A DNA stretch of 64,000 nt from assembly GCA_944377385.1 (NCBI GenBank), contig CALWET010000095.1, positions 2,683 through 66,682 on the forward strand, in the 5' to 3' direction. Within the stretch, counting starts at the first letter, position 1; every line of letters begins with the position of its first letter. Source of the DNA: an uncultured Lachnospiraceae bacterium (GTDB lineage Bacteria > Bacillota > Clostridia > Lachnospirales > Lachnospiraceae). Below the pieces are notes generated by a model. That model was given only the letters and a program-made list of their open reading frames with translations, was not told the DNA's origin and searched no databases. This document shows positions 46,838-55,730 of this stretch, one piece after another. A program made the translations under genes and the position numbers.

Positions 46838-47738
46838 TATGGAAGCCTGGGTAAACGAGCATATAAATGAGGATATTTATGTCTTTCCTTCAGGCGAAGA
46901 TGAGCTCAGAGAAAGACTTGAGATCTCAGAGGAAAGGATAAGGGGATTGGAGCTTGACCTAAGCCCCCGGGCTGAGGCTTATTTCAGGGAAGCAGGAGGC
47001 TTTATCTGCAGGTGCCTTGATGGAAAAGTCGGACCTTCAGCCCCTCTGTCAGAGGAGGATTACCTTTACAGGGACAGGGCAGAAAAACAGCTTGGAGAGT
47101 CCCTTGGAGCCATGCTTTCCTCCTGGTATATGGAGCTTACCGGTATTTTGGCTTGTTTGCAGGAGGATGACAGGCCAGGGATGCTAAGGCTGATGGAGAC
47201 CTTCATTCAGATATATAATGAATTTGAAACGGCCTATTCAGAGCTGGGTACACTCCCAAAGGACAGCCAGATAAAGGCTGTGATCTATTCATATCTTCAT
47301 GACTATTGTGATGATATATTTATGGGATATAAAAACTGGCTGAAAATGGAAGAGCCAGGACATGGGCAAGCAGAAAAAAAGGATCAGAGGCATGAGAGGA
47401 ACAGGGCATACGGCTTTTTGGGCAATGTCTCATCCATGTTGATAAGAGGAGTTTTTGGGACGGAGCCCCTTTGCAGGGAGTATGGACGATATACATCCAT
47501 GGATCATGGCTTTTCGGACCTTCTCATGGAGCACGACAGGGATCTTTCTCTGTTTTTGGGAGACAGGCTCCGATCCAGGATATATTCTTCAGAGGCCTAC
47601 AGGCTTTGCCTGAGCAGATCTCATGCTGCGCCAGGCACTGCTGCGGAAAGATATGCAGAATCGGGGAGCCACGGGGAAAGGCTGCTTTTTTCAATACGAA
47701 GCGACGTGGCAAAAGCTTTTAAAGAAAGGGAGAGTTGA
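46827..47738 (+). CDS. hypothetical cytoplasmic protein (303 aa), no recognisable domain
   Basis: This is a long ORF whose start overlaps the upstream gene by 11 nt. It is acidic and helical in composition. I recognise no motif. Confidence 0.45.
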   Translation: MEHDMEAWVNEHINEDIYVFPSGEDELRERLEISEERIRGLELDLSPRAEAYFREAGGFICRCLDGKVGPSAPLSEEDYLYRDRAEKQLGESLGAMLSSWYMELTGILACLQEDDRPGMLRLMETFIQIYNEFETAYSELGTLPKDSQIKAVIYSYLHDYCDDIFMGYKNWLKMEEPGHGQAEKKDQRHERNRAYGFLGNVSSMLIRGVFGTEPLCREYGRYTSMDHGFSDLLMEHDRDLSLFLGDRLRSRIYSSEAYRLCLSRSHAAPGTAAERYAESGSHGERLLFSIRSDVAKAFKERES

Positions 47739-47739
47739 T

Positions 47740-48459
47740 TTGAACAGAAGGATAAAAAATAAGGTAAAGGTTTCATTTATATTTTTGTCTATGCTGGTCT
47801 TTCTGTGGGGCTGCGGCTCTGGTAAAGAGACCTCGGAGACATCTGAAGAGGCACAGTCCGAGGAGACTGCGGTCATGGCTAAAGCCTCGGATGAGCTTTC
47901 CGGGGAGGATATGGGCATGGCAAGTGAAGCCCAGGGCGGCGCTGTTTCAGAGACCTATCCCGAGACCACTGCTGCAGAAGGAGTAAATGAAGAGTTTTCA
48001 CCATACTTTGGAATCATGCACGCAGTGCTCAGCTCCGTAGTTCAGGAGGAGGGCGGAGTAACAGTCTATACCTTCCAGGACAAGCTCGATCGGGAAAATT
48101 CCTGGTCCATACCGGGTACGGAGCTTGGAGATGTGCTTGTAGATACCACTCCGGGGACGGAGACAGCCATCCTCTTTCATGGAGATGTGGTAAACGACAG
48201 TGAAAATGTGGATTTTATAGTCATGCTTCCGGAGGGCGAATATGAGATAAAGCGTGCAGAGGGCATCAGCATATCAAATGCCATGAGCACCTTTACTATC
48301 CGTACAGCCCAATCTGAGGAGATCAGCTTTATAAAAGATAATTGTGTGATCCAGGAGGGATCGCTGGAAGGAGACAATGGGGATAATATAGTCGTATACT
48401 ATGCCAGGAGCATAGAGGACGGTGTATGCTATCCCTTCAAGGTATATGCGGCAAGCTGA
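47740..48459 (+). CDS. predicted lipoprotein, function unknown
   Basis: This is ORF 47623..48459. TTG 47740 is preferred: it lies 6-7 nt after AAAGGGAGAG and 1 nt after the upstream stop. The signal peptide is NRRIKNKVKVSFIFLSMLVFLWGC, with lipobox LWGC. An acidic S/E/T-rich linker is followed by a beta-rich domain. Confidence 0.6.
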   Translation: MNRRIKNKVKVSFIFLSMLVFLWGCGSGKETSETSEEAQSEETAVMAKASDELSGEDMGMASEAQGGAVSETYPETTAAEGVNEEFSPYFGIMHAVLSSVVQEEGGVTVYTFQDKLDRENSWSIPGTELGDVLVDTTPGTETAILFHGDVVNDSENVDFIVMLPEGEYEIKRAEGISISNAMSTFTIRTAQSEEISFIKDNCVIQEGSLEGDNGDNIVVYYARSIEDGVCYPFKVYAAS

Positions 48460-49291
48460 AAAGGAAACAAGGATATACAGTGATGATCTGTCTCCCGAGG
48501 CCATTGCGGAATCCGGACAGTGCTTCAGGATGAGACAGGCGGAGGATGGAAGCATAGTCCTGATCGCCTATGAAAGGAAGCTCAGGATAAGGCATGGGGA
48601 GACGGGCGAACTCATTTTTAGCTGTACGGAGGAAGACTTTGACAGGATATGGAGGCCGTATTTTGACCTTGACAGGGATTATGGCGATATAAGGGCTCAT
48701 ATCCGAAAGGATGACAGCTTCCTTCAGGAGGCAGCAGACTTTGGCAGAGGCATAAGGATACTCAGGCAGGATCCCTGGGAGATGCTTATATCCTTTATCA
48801 TATCCCAAAGAAAGTCCATACCCGCCATAAGGACGGCAATAGAAAAATTATGCGAGAATTTCGGAAAGGAGCTTTTTGCATTGGATGCAGAAGGTCAGGA
48901 GATCGTATATCACGCCTTTCCGGAGCCTGAGGCCCTTTTGAAGGCTGACGAGGATAGCCTTGCGTCCTGTGGCCTTGGGTACAGGCTGCCCTATGTAAGG
49001 GAAGCTGCTCTTGCATGGGAGGCAGGCAGGCTTTCCGGACTTTCCGATCTTCCTACCGAGCAATTGATACACAGCCTTATGGAGCTCCATGGCGTAGGGG
49101 TGAAGGTGGCCTCCTGCGTGGCACTTTTTGGTTATCACAGGCTGGAGGTGGCTCCGGTGGATGTGTGGATGCAGAGAGTCATAGATGGGGTATACGGAGG
49201 CAGCCTGCCGGAGGAATATAAGGAATATGCCGGGGTGATACAGCAGTATCTGTTCAATTATGCAAGGCTTACAAAGCTTGAGGCACTATAA
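48446..49291 (+). CDS. ogg: 8-oxoguanine DNA glycosylase (clostridial Ogg-type, HhH-GPD superfamily)
   Basis: The N-terminal ESGQCFRM motif and the HhH-GPD element LMELHGVGVKVASCVALFG.....APVDVW (catalytic Lys/Asp context) are present. Confidence 0.75.
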   Translation: MRQAEKETRIYSDDLSPEAIAESGQCFRMRQAEDGSIVLIAYERKLRIRHGETGELIFSCTEEDFDRIWRPYFDLDRDYGDIRAHIRKDDSFLQEAADFGRGIRILRQDPWEMLISFIISQRKSIPAIRTAIEKLCENFGKELFALDAEGQEIVYHAFPEPEALLKADEDSLASCGLGYRLPYVREAALAWEAGRLSGLSDLPTEQLIHSLMELHGVGVKVASCVALFGYHRLEVAPVDVWMQRVIDGVYGGSLPEEYKEYAGVIQQYLFNYARLTKLEAL

Positions 49292-49346
49292 TGAAATCTG
49301 ATATTGACTCGGGTATCTTTAGTAAGAAAGAGGATCTGGTTCACAG

Positions 49347-50759
49347 GTGGCATCAAAGAACGCAAAAAGGATCATAGCCTTTAAGGCAATAGTATTCATT
49401 GTCTTTACAGCAGCCTTCCTTTTAAGAGGAGGCTTTTTTGCGTATCCTGCCCCCTGGGGCAGTCCGGGAGAGATAAATGCCGGATCAGCCATAGTCATGG
49501 ACGCTGACACCAGGGCCATACTCTATGGTAAAAATATCCATGAAAAATGCTATCCCGCATCCATAACAAAGCTCATGACAGCCCTGTTGGTCATAGAAAA
49601 CTGTGACCTAGATGAGACAGTTGTGTTTTCGGAAAGGGCTGTGACGGATCTTGAGTCCGGGGCAGTCACGGCATACATAAGCCCGGGAGAGGAGTTGAGT
49701 GTCAGAGATTGTCTCCATGCCCTGCTGCTGATGTCAGCCAATGATGTGGCAAATGCGTTGGCCGAGCATGTGGCCGGCAGTATAGAGGGCTTTGCGGACA
49801 TGATGAACGAGAGGGCCCAGGAGCTTGGCTGTGAGGATACCTGCTTTAAAAATCCCAGCGGGCTCACGGACAGTGAGCATGTGACAAGTGCTTATGATAT
49901 GGCTATGATAGCAAATGCCCTTTTTGATAATGAGACCTTTCTTGAGATAGAGAAGGCTGACAGCTATCAGCTTGATCCAACGGAGCGCGTGCCTTCAGGG
50001 CTTTGGATGAATATAGGGCACAGGATGCTTCGTTCAGGCAATGCCTACAGTGATGAGAGGGTCGTTGGCGGAAAGACGGGTTATACCAGTGCTTCAGGAA
50101 ATACTCTGGTGACCATGGCGGAAAGCGGGGACAGAAGATTGTCCATAGTAGTGATGATGGATAAAAATCCGCAGCACTACATGGATACCCTGAGTATGAT
50201 GGATTATGGCTTTTCATCCTTTGAAAATATGTCCGGCTTTGATATATGCAGTCTGGAGAGTATGGAGGAGAGGCTGCTTTCGGATACGGTCATAGGGAGC
50301 GGCAGCAATAAGCTGAGCCTTGATCGTGACTTCCTCATCACCCTGCCCTATGGAGCAGACAGATCCCAGGTAGTGCTTGATTATGAATATAATCTTGGGC
50401 ATGGAGCTCCCGAGGCTTCAGTGGCAAGGCTGGATCTCAGCTATGAGGGACATACCTGCGGAAGCTATTATATAATAAACGAAAGAGATCCTCTCATATC
50501 AGTAGAGGCAGTTCCTCCTGCTGCAAAGGTGGCAGTCGGAGTATCTTTGGCTGCGGTAGTGGGAGGAGGGATTGCCTTCCTTCTGTTTTCAGGCGGAGCC
50601 GCCTACCATACTCATGCGGTCAGAGAGGAAGAACGCCAAAGGAGACGAAGGGCAGCCCGCAGACGAAGATACAGGCTTGAGAGCATGGGCATGAGCGAAG
50701 AGGAATTTAACAAAAAGCTGGAAGAATTCAGAAAAAAGTATGACAAAAAGAAAAAATGA
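49347..50759 (+). CDS. D-alanyl-D-alanine carboxypeptidase (PBP5-like, peptidase S11)
   Basis: GTG start. An N-terminal TM/signal is present, with SXXK (PASITKLMT), SXN (MSANDV) and KTG (GGKTGYT). A C-terminal TM helix is followed by a highly basic tail (RQRRRRAARRRRYR). Confidence 0.85.
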   Translation: MASKNAKRIIAFKAIVFIVFTAAFLLRGGFFAYPAPWGSPGEINAGSAIVMDADTRAILYGKNIHEKCYPASITKLMTALLVIENCDLDETVVFSERAVTDLESGAVTAYISPGEELSVRDCLHALLLMSANDVANALAEHVAGSIEGFADMMNERAQELGCEDTCFKNPSGLTDSEHVTSAYDMAMIANALFDNETFLEIEKADSYQLDPTERVPSGLWMNIGHRMLRSGNAYSDERVVGGKTGYTSASGNTLVTMAESGDRRLSIVVMMDKNPQHYMDTLSMMDYGFSSFENMSGFDICSLESMEERLLSDTVIGSGSNKLSLDRDFLITLPYGADRSQVVLDYEYNLGHGAPEASVARLDLSYEGHTCGSYYIINERDPLISVEAVPPAAKVAVGVSLAAVVGGGIAFLLFSGGAAYHTHAVREEERQRRRRAARRRRYRLESMGMSEEEFNKKLEEFRKKYDKKKK

Positions 50760-51231
50760 CAAAGCTCAGCTGCGGTCTTTGAAGGGCTGCATCCGGAATA
50801 TATCCAGGCTTTTGAAAAGTGTCGTTAATTATGAGACCATAGCCTATCTGATCGCAGGTGTACTTACGACCATAGTAGATTTTTCCGTCTTTGCCCTGGT
50901 CAATGAGCCCCTCAAGGCTTCAGGTATGGATGAGATAAGCTCGGTCATGCTTGCTCAGCTCATATCCTGGATCTCTGCTGTTGCCTTTGCTTATATCACA
51001 AATAAGCTTTTGGTTTTTAAAAATCACGATTTTTCGGCTGGACATATGCTGAGGGAGGCCTCGGCCTTTGTTGCGGCAAGGATATTCAGCGGTCTGCTGG
51101 TCATGGCGCTCATGTGGCTGATGGTAGACCTGATGGATACGAATGAATATGCAGCAAAGCTTTTTACTACGATCATAAATGTGGTGTTCAACTATGTCGC
51201 AAGCAAGCTTTTTATCTTTACAAAAAAATAA
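50740..51231 (+). CDS. GtrA-family membrane protein
   Basis: 163 aa with four TM helices. The motifs IAGVLTTIVDFSVFALV and NVVFNYVASKLFIF are characteristic of GtrA/GtcA. Confidence 0.8.
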   Translation: MTKRKNDKAQLRSLKGCIRNISRLLKSVVNYETIAYLIAGVLTTIVDFSVFALVNEPLKASGMDEISSVMLAQLISWISAVAFAYITNKLLVFKNHDFSAGHMLREASAFVAARIFSGLLVMALMWLMVDLMDTNEYAAKLFTTIINVVFNYVASKLFIFTKK

Positions 51232-53743
51232 AAAAATATATCTGCTGGCGTTTCTGCTGCCTGTGGTCATAGTGAGCATGATACTTGTGATCAACAGGGT
51301 CTACCCCTTTGGAGAAGAATGCTTCCTTAGGACTGACATGTATCATCAATACGCTCCTTTTATGTCCGAATTCAGGCACAAGCTCCAAAACGGAGGCTCA
51401 CTGCTCTACAGCTGGGATGTGGGCCTCGGAGTGAATTTTGTGGCCCTTTACGCATATTATCTGGCAAGTCCGCTAAACTGGTTCGTGGTACTTGTGGATG
51501 AAGCCTTTGTCATAGAATTCATCATGCTCATGGTGGTGCTTAAAATAGGGCTCTGTGGGCTGAGCATGGCTTTTTATCTTATGAGGCACGGACGTGGAGG
51601 CTATGACCTGGGAGTCATACTGTTTTCGGTTTTTTATGCCCTGTCCGGCTATATGTGTGCATATTACTGGAATATCATGTGGCTGGACTGCATCGTACTG
51701 TTTCCCCTTGTCATATTAGGGATGGAAAGGCTGGTAAGGGGAAAGGCAGGCGGGCTTTATACCCTGGCCCTCGGGCTTAGCATCCTTTCAAACTACTATA
51801 TATCCATCATGACATGCATTTTTTTATGTATGTATTTTGCAGCATATATGGTGCTGGAGGGATCAGGGAGCCTGAAAAGCTTTATTTCCACAGCCCTTCG
51901 ATTTATATGGTACAGCCTGCTTTCGGGAGGCCTTGCAGCAGTGCTTTTGCTGCCGGAGATCGCAGCCATGAGTTATACTGCCTCGGCGGACATAAGGTTT
52001 CCAGAGGTGTTTTCCGAATATTTCTCCATAATGGAGATGCTGGTCAGGCACCTGCCGGGGATACAGACTGAGCAGGCTCTGGATCACTGGCCCAATATAT
52101 ACTGCGGAGTCGGGGTCTTGATCCTGTTCCCTCTTTATCTTCAGAACAGAAGGATAAGCCTGAAGGAAAAAACAGTATATGTCCTGCTGCTCATACTCAT
52201 GCTGATGGGCTTTTCCATAAATGCCTTCAATTTTCTATGGCATGGGCTGCACTATCCTAATTCGCTGCCTGCAAGACAGTCCTATATTTATATATTCCTT
52301 TTGATCACGCTGTGCTACCGGCTCTACCAGAAAAAGAGATTTATAAGAGCCAACGAGCTCAGGAATGCCTTCCTTTTTGCGATGCTGTTTCTGCTTTATT
52401 GCCAGCATACGATAGGCTCCGGAGACCAGGATATAAACTTTTCTGTATATTATATTTCAATGGGTCTCCTGACTCTTTATGTATTTTTGATATACACCTA
52501 TCTGCATAGGGGACTGAAAAGGAGGACCATAGGCTTCCTGCTGTTTTGCCTTGTGGCTCTTGAGGCTGCAGGCAATACAGCCGCCACGGGCATCACCACC
52601 ACAAGCAGGGTAAGCTACGTAAAGGGAAATGATGATATAAGGGCTCTTTTGGACGGGCTTTTCCCCAGCACTGAGCTTTTCAGGCTTGAAAGGGTACAGC
52701 AAAAGACCAGGAATGACGGAGCCTGGCTGAATTTTCCTTCGGCATCCCTTTTTTCCTCGGTTGCCAGTGCCGGATGCTCTGACTTTTTCAGCTCTTTAGG
52801 CTGTGAAGGCTCTACTAACGCTTATGGTACGAATGGCTCCACCCCCTTTACGGATATGCTGTTTTCGGTAAGATATGCAATATATGATTCAGCCCAGGCT
52901 GAGGGGGAGGGGAAAAAATTCATAGAGAGCATGGGAGAAAGCTATCTGTATGAAAACAGATATGTGCTCCCGGTGGGCTTTGTGATCAGCAGTGAGATGT
53001 ATGATGGCTGGATGCTTGAGCTGGATGATCCGGTATTGGTCCAGAATTCCTTTTGTGACATGCTCGCTACCTCTTCAGTACTCAAGCTGAACGGAGAACA
53101 GGGCAATACTGATGGTGAAGAGTATGCTGTGACCATTACTCAGGACGGGGAATACTATGCACTGATCAAAAATCCGGCGATCAGGGATGCCACGGTATTA
53201 TGGCCGGAAAAAAGAAAGACCTTCAACAATGTTGACAGAGGCTACCTGCTGGATCTGGGAGACTGCGCAAGGGGAGAGACCATACGCATAAGCTCTGAGA
53301 CCAAGGGACAGACCATGGAAGTTGAGGTCTACAGATTTGATTATGAGGCTCTTTCAGAGGCCTATGAGAAGCTGAAAAAGGGAGCGATCGAGCTTGACAC
53401 TTGGGATGATACCTATCTGAAGGGAAGCATAGATATAAGCAAAGACATGCTTGAGACAGGAAAGGATACGGCAAGGCTTTTCTTCAGTATCCCCTATGAT
53501 GAGGGCTGGCAGATAAGTATAGACGGAAGGCCTGTGCTCAAGGAAAAAGCCTTTGGAGCTTTTTTGTCAGTGGCTGTTCCTTCCGGGAAACATGTGATAG
53601 AATTAAGCTATATGCCTGAGGGCCTTAAAGAAGGTGCGATGATCTCTGCCTCATCACTGCTGCTTTTTGGACTCAGTACACTGATATACAGAAAAAGACT
53701 TCGCAGGTCTGCGAAAAAACAGGAGGAGCATGAAGGAATTTAA
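51194..53743 (+). CDS. YfhO-family polytopic membrane glycosyltransferase-like protein
   Basis: This is ORF 51179..53743, with ATG 51194 preferred. The N-terminus shows RTDMYHQYAPFMSEFRHKLQNGGSLLYSWDVGLGVNF. It has 13 or more TM helices, then a roughly 300-aa extracytoplasmic domain and a terminal TM. Confidence 0.85.
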   Translation: MSQASFLSLQKNKKIYLLAFLLPVVIVSMILVINRVYPFGEECFLRTDMYHQYAPFMSEFRHKLQNGGSLLYSWDVGLGVNFVALYAYYLASPLNWFVVLVDEAFVIEFIMLMVVLKIGLCGLSMAFYLMRHGRGGYDLGVILFSVFYALSGYMCAYYWNIMWLDCIVLFPLVILGMERLVRGKAGGLYTLALGLSILSNYYISIMTCIFLCMYFAAYMVLEGSGSLKSFISTALRFIWYSLLSGGLAAVLLLPEIAAMSYTASADIRFPEVFSEYFSIMEMLVRHLPGIQTEQALDHWPNIYCGVGVLILFPLYLQNRRISLKEKTVYVLLLILMLMGFSINAFNFLWHGLHYPNSLPARQSYIYIFLLITLCYRLYQKKRFIRANELRNAFLFAMLFLLYCQHTIGSGDQDINFSVYYISMGLLTLYVFLIYTYLHRGLKRRTIGFLLFCLVALEAAGNTAATGITTTSRVSYVKGNDDIRALLDGLFPSTELFRLERVQQKTRNDGAWLNFPSASLFSSVASAGCSDFFSSLGCEGSTNAYGTNGSTPFTDMLFSVRYAIYDSAQAEGEGKKFIESMGESYLYENRYVLPVGFVISSEMYDGWMLELDDPVLVQNSFCDMLATSSVLKLNGEQGNTDGEEYAVTITQDGEYYALIKNPAIRDATVLWPEKRKTFNNVDRGYLLDLGDCARGETIRISSETKGQTMEVEVYRFDYEALSEAYEKLKKGAIELDTWDDTYLKGSIDISKDMLETGKDTARLFFSIPYDEGWQISIDGRPVLKEKAFGAFLSVAVPSGKHVIELSYMPEGLKEGAMISASSLLLFGLSTLIYRKRLRRSAKKQEEHEGI

Positions 53744-54578
53744 GGGAAGGCCAGTGTCAGAGGCCATCGGCAAGGATATAAGAGAAAAGCTGAGCTCAGT
53801 GGAGACCATGCTGGGCAGAAAACCGAGGCTTGCCATCATAAGGTGTGGAGAAAAGCCATCGGATCTGACATATGAAAAAAATGCAGCAAGACGGATAAGG
53901 GAGTTTGGAATGGAGGCTGAGTCCTTCGTTTTTCCGGAGGATGTCAGTGACAATATATTCCTGCGCTCCTTTAATGCACTTAATGAGGATAAGAGGATAG
54001 ACGGTATCCTGCTCATGAGGCCCCTTCCTCCACAGCTGAATGAGGGCTTCATAATAAGCTGTATAGACAGCGAGAAGGATGTGGATGGCATCAGCCCTGT
54101 AAATGCGGCGGGGCTCTATCTTGGAACGGAGGGCTTTGCTCCCTGCACTGCACAGGCTGTCATGGAGCTTTTGCATTATTATAAGGTGGAGCTTCCAGGG
54201 AAAAATGTGGTGGTCATAGGCAGGTCCAATGTGGTAGGGAAGCCCCTTTCTATGCTGCTGCTAAAGGAGGATGCCACGGTCACCATATGTCACAGCAGGA
54301 CAAAGGATCTGGAAAAGGTGACAAAAAAAGCGGATATACTCATATCTGCTATTGGCAGAGCAAGAGCCATAACCTCGGATCATATAAAAAAGGGAGCCAT
54401 CGTCATAGACGTGGGCATAAATACGGACAGGGAAGGAAGGCTTTGCGGTGATGTGGACTATGAGGACTGCAAGCTCAAGGCCGGAGCCATCACCCCTGTT
54501 CCGGGAGGCGTAGGAGCCGTTACGACGGCAATACTTGCAAAGCATCTTTTTGAAGCGGCAAACAAGGATCTTTTATAA
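53730..54578 (+). CDS. folD: bifunctional methylenetetrahydrofolate dehydrogenase / methenyltetrahydrofolate cyclohydrolase
   Basis: The motifs DGILLMRPLP, KDVDG, VVIGRSNVVGKPLSMLL and TPVPGGVGAVTTAIL are present. Confidence 0.93.
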   Translation: MKEFKGRPVSEAIGKDIREKLSSVETMLGRKPRLAIIRCGEKPSDLTYEKNAARRIREFGMEAESFVFPEDVSDNIFLRSFNALNEDKRIDGILLMRPLPPQLNEGFIISCIDSEKDVDGISPVNAAGLYLGTEGFAPCTAQAVMELLHYYKVELPGKNVVVIGRSNVVGKPLSMLLLKEDATVTICHSRTKDLEKVTKKADILISAIGRARAITSDHIKKGAIVIDVGINTDREGRLCGDVDYEDCKLKAGAITPVPGGVGAVTTAILAKHLFEAANKDLL

Positions 54579-54594
54579 GGAGGATTGATATAAA

Positions 54595-55110
54595 ATGACT
54601 TTACTTGAAAAATGGAGAGATGAGGCATACGGAGAAGGCAAGGATAAAAAGGCGCAGCAGAAGCTGTGGGAGCGTTATTTCCTGAAGGAAAAGAGCATAT
54701 ATGAGGATCTGCTCAGTGACCCTGAAAGAGTAACGGAGTGTACCGTGAAGGAGCTTGCTGAAAAGTATGATGCTGACATTGATCTGATCGTGGGATTTCT
54801 GGATGGGGTAAATGAATCCCTCAAGGGCTATGAAAATCCCATCGAGGAGATGGATGAGTCTACTGTAGTAAAGATAGAGATAGACCCTGAAAAGCTCTAC
54901 TATAATATGGTGGATGCAAAGGCCTCCTGGCTGTATCAGCTCCCTCAGTGGGATGACATCCTTACAAAAGAAAAAAGAGAGGAGCTGTTCCATCAGTGCA
55001 AGGCAGCCGGAACCGTCAGGCGTGAGGGAAGGAAGATATATCCCAATGATCCCTGCCCCTGCGGATCAGGCAAGAAATATAAAAAGTGCTGCGGAAGGAA
55101 TGTGGCCTGA
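54595..55110 (+). CDS. SEC-C motif domain protein
   Basis: The C-terminus [18 protein letters not shown] is the SEC-C zinc-binding motif. The rest is uncharacterised. Confidence 0.7.
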   Translation: MTLLEKWRDEAYGEGKDKKAQQKLWERYFLKEKSIYEDLLSDPERVTECTVKELAEKYDADIDLIVGFLDGVNESLKGYENPIEEMDESTVVKIEIDPEKLYYNMVDAKASWLYQLPQWDDILTKEKREELFHQCKAAGTVRREGRKIYPNDPCPCGSGKKYKKCCGRNVA

Positions 55111-55165
55111 TGGCCTAGGCCTCAGGGACAGCCTGTACGCAGAGAGCGCAAATGCAGATATAATA

Positions 55166-55193
55166 AAAAGCAGCGGTTTTGCCGCTGCTTTTA
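55166..55193. terminator. bidirectional terminator between the SEC-C gene (+) and csp (-)
   Basis: AAAAGCAGCGG-TTTTG-CCGCTGCTTTT forms a 7-bp GC stem flanked by an A-run and a T-run, so it reads as a terminator on both strands. Confidence 0.7.
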
Positions 55194-55354
55194 TGCTACC
55201 AGCCTATAAGCCACAACCTGCGAGATAAGTCCAAATGACTGTCCCGGAGCATCTTTGATAATTTCTATTCATTCCCATTTATCATAACTTTGGGATATCC
55301 GTATATCCTGTGTGCTATTTATATGTTCAATGAAAGGAATTAAAAAAAGAGAGA

Positions 55355-55552
55355 TCACAACTTGGTTACGTTAGTAGCCTGAGGCCCCTTTGCTCCCTCA
55401 ACGACGTCGAACTCTACCTCCTGTCCTTCGTCGAGTGACTTGAAGCCCTCCATGTTGAGTCCGGAATAATGGACGAATATGTCCTTTCCAGTCTCATCAG
55501 AGATGAAGCCATAGCCCTTCTGGTTATTAAACCATTTGACTTTTCCTTTCAT
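55355..55552 (-). CDS. csp: cold-shock protein (CspA family)
   Basis: This is ORF 55355..55627 (-). The internal ATG at 55552 follows AGGAGG. The product is 65 aa and reads [17 protein letters not shown]...DIFVHYS, covering RNP1 and RNP2. Confidence 0.93.
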   Translation of the reverse strand: MKGKVKWFNNQKGYGFISDETGKDIFVHYSGLNMEGFKSLDEGQEVEFDVVEGAKGPQATNVTKL

Positions 55553-55598
55553 AATATACCTCCTGATCAATACAGGCTTATTATAATAAGCCAAGGCA

Positions 55599-55627
55599 AA
55601 TATAGCACTGTGAAAATAATCTGTCAA
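55599..55627 (-). promoter_or_regulatory. sigma-A promoter of csp
   Basis: On the minus strand: TTGACA (55627-55622), a 17-nt spacer, then TATATT (55604-55599). Confidence 0.6.
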
Positions 55628-55730
55628 ATACTTTACTAATTGGGTATAAGAAAAAAAACAAACATGCTATAATAAACGATATATATTCCCAAAAGGGATG
55701 AGTTTGATCATTTTTAAGGAGAGAATACAT

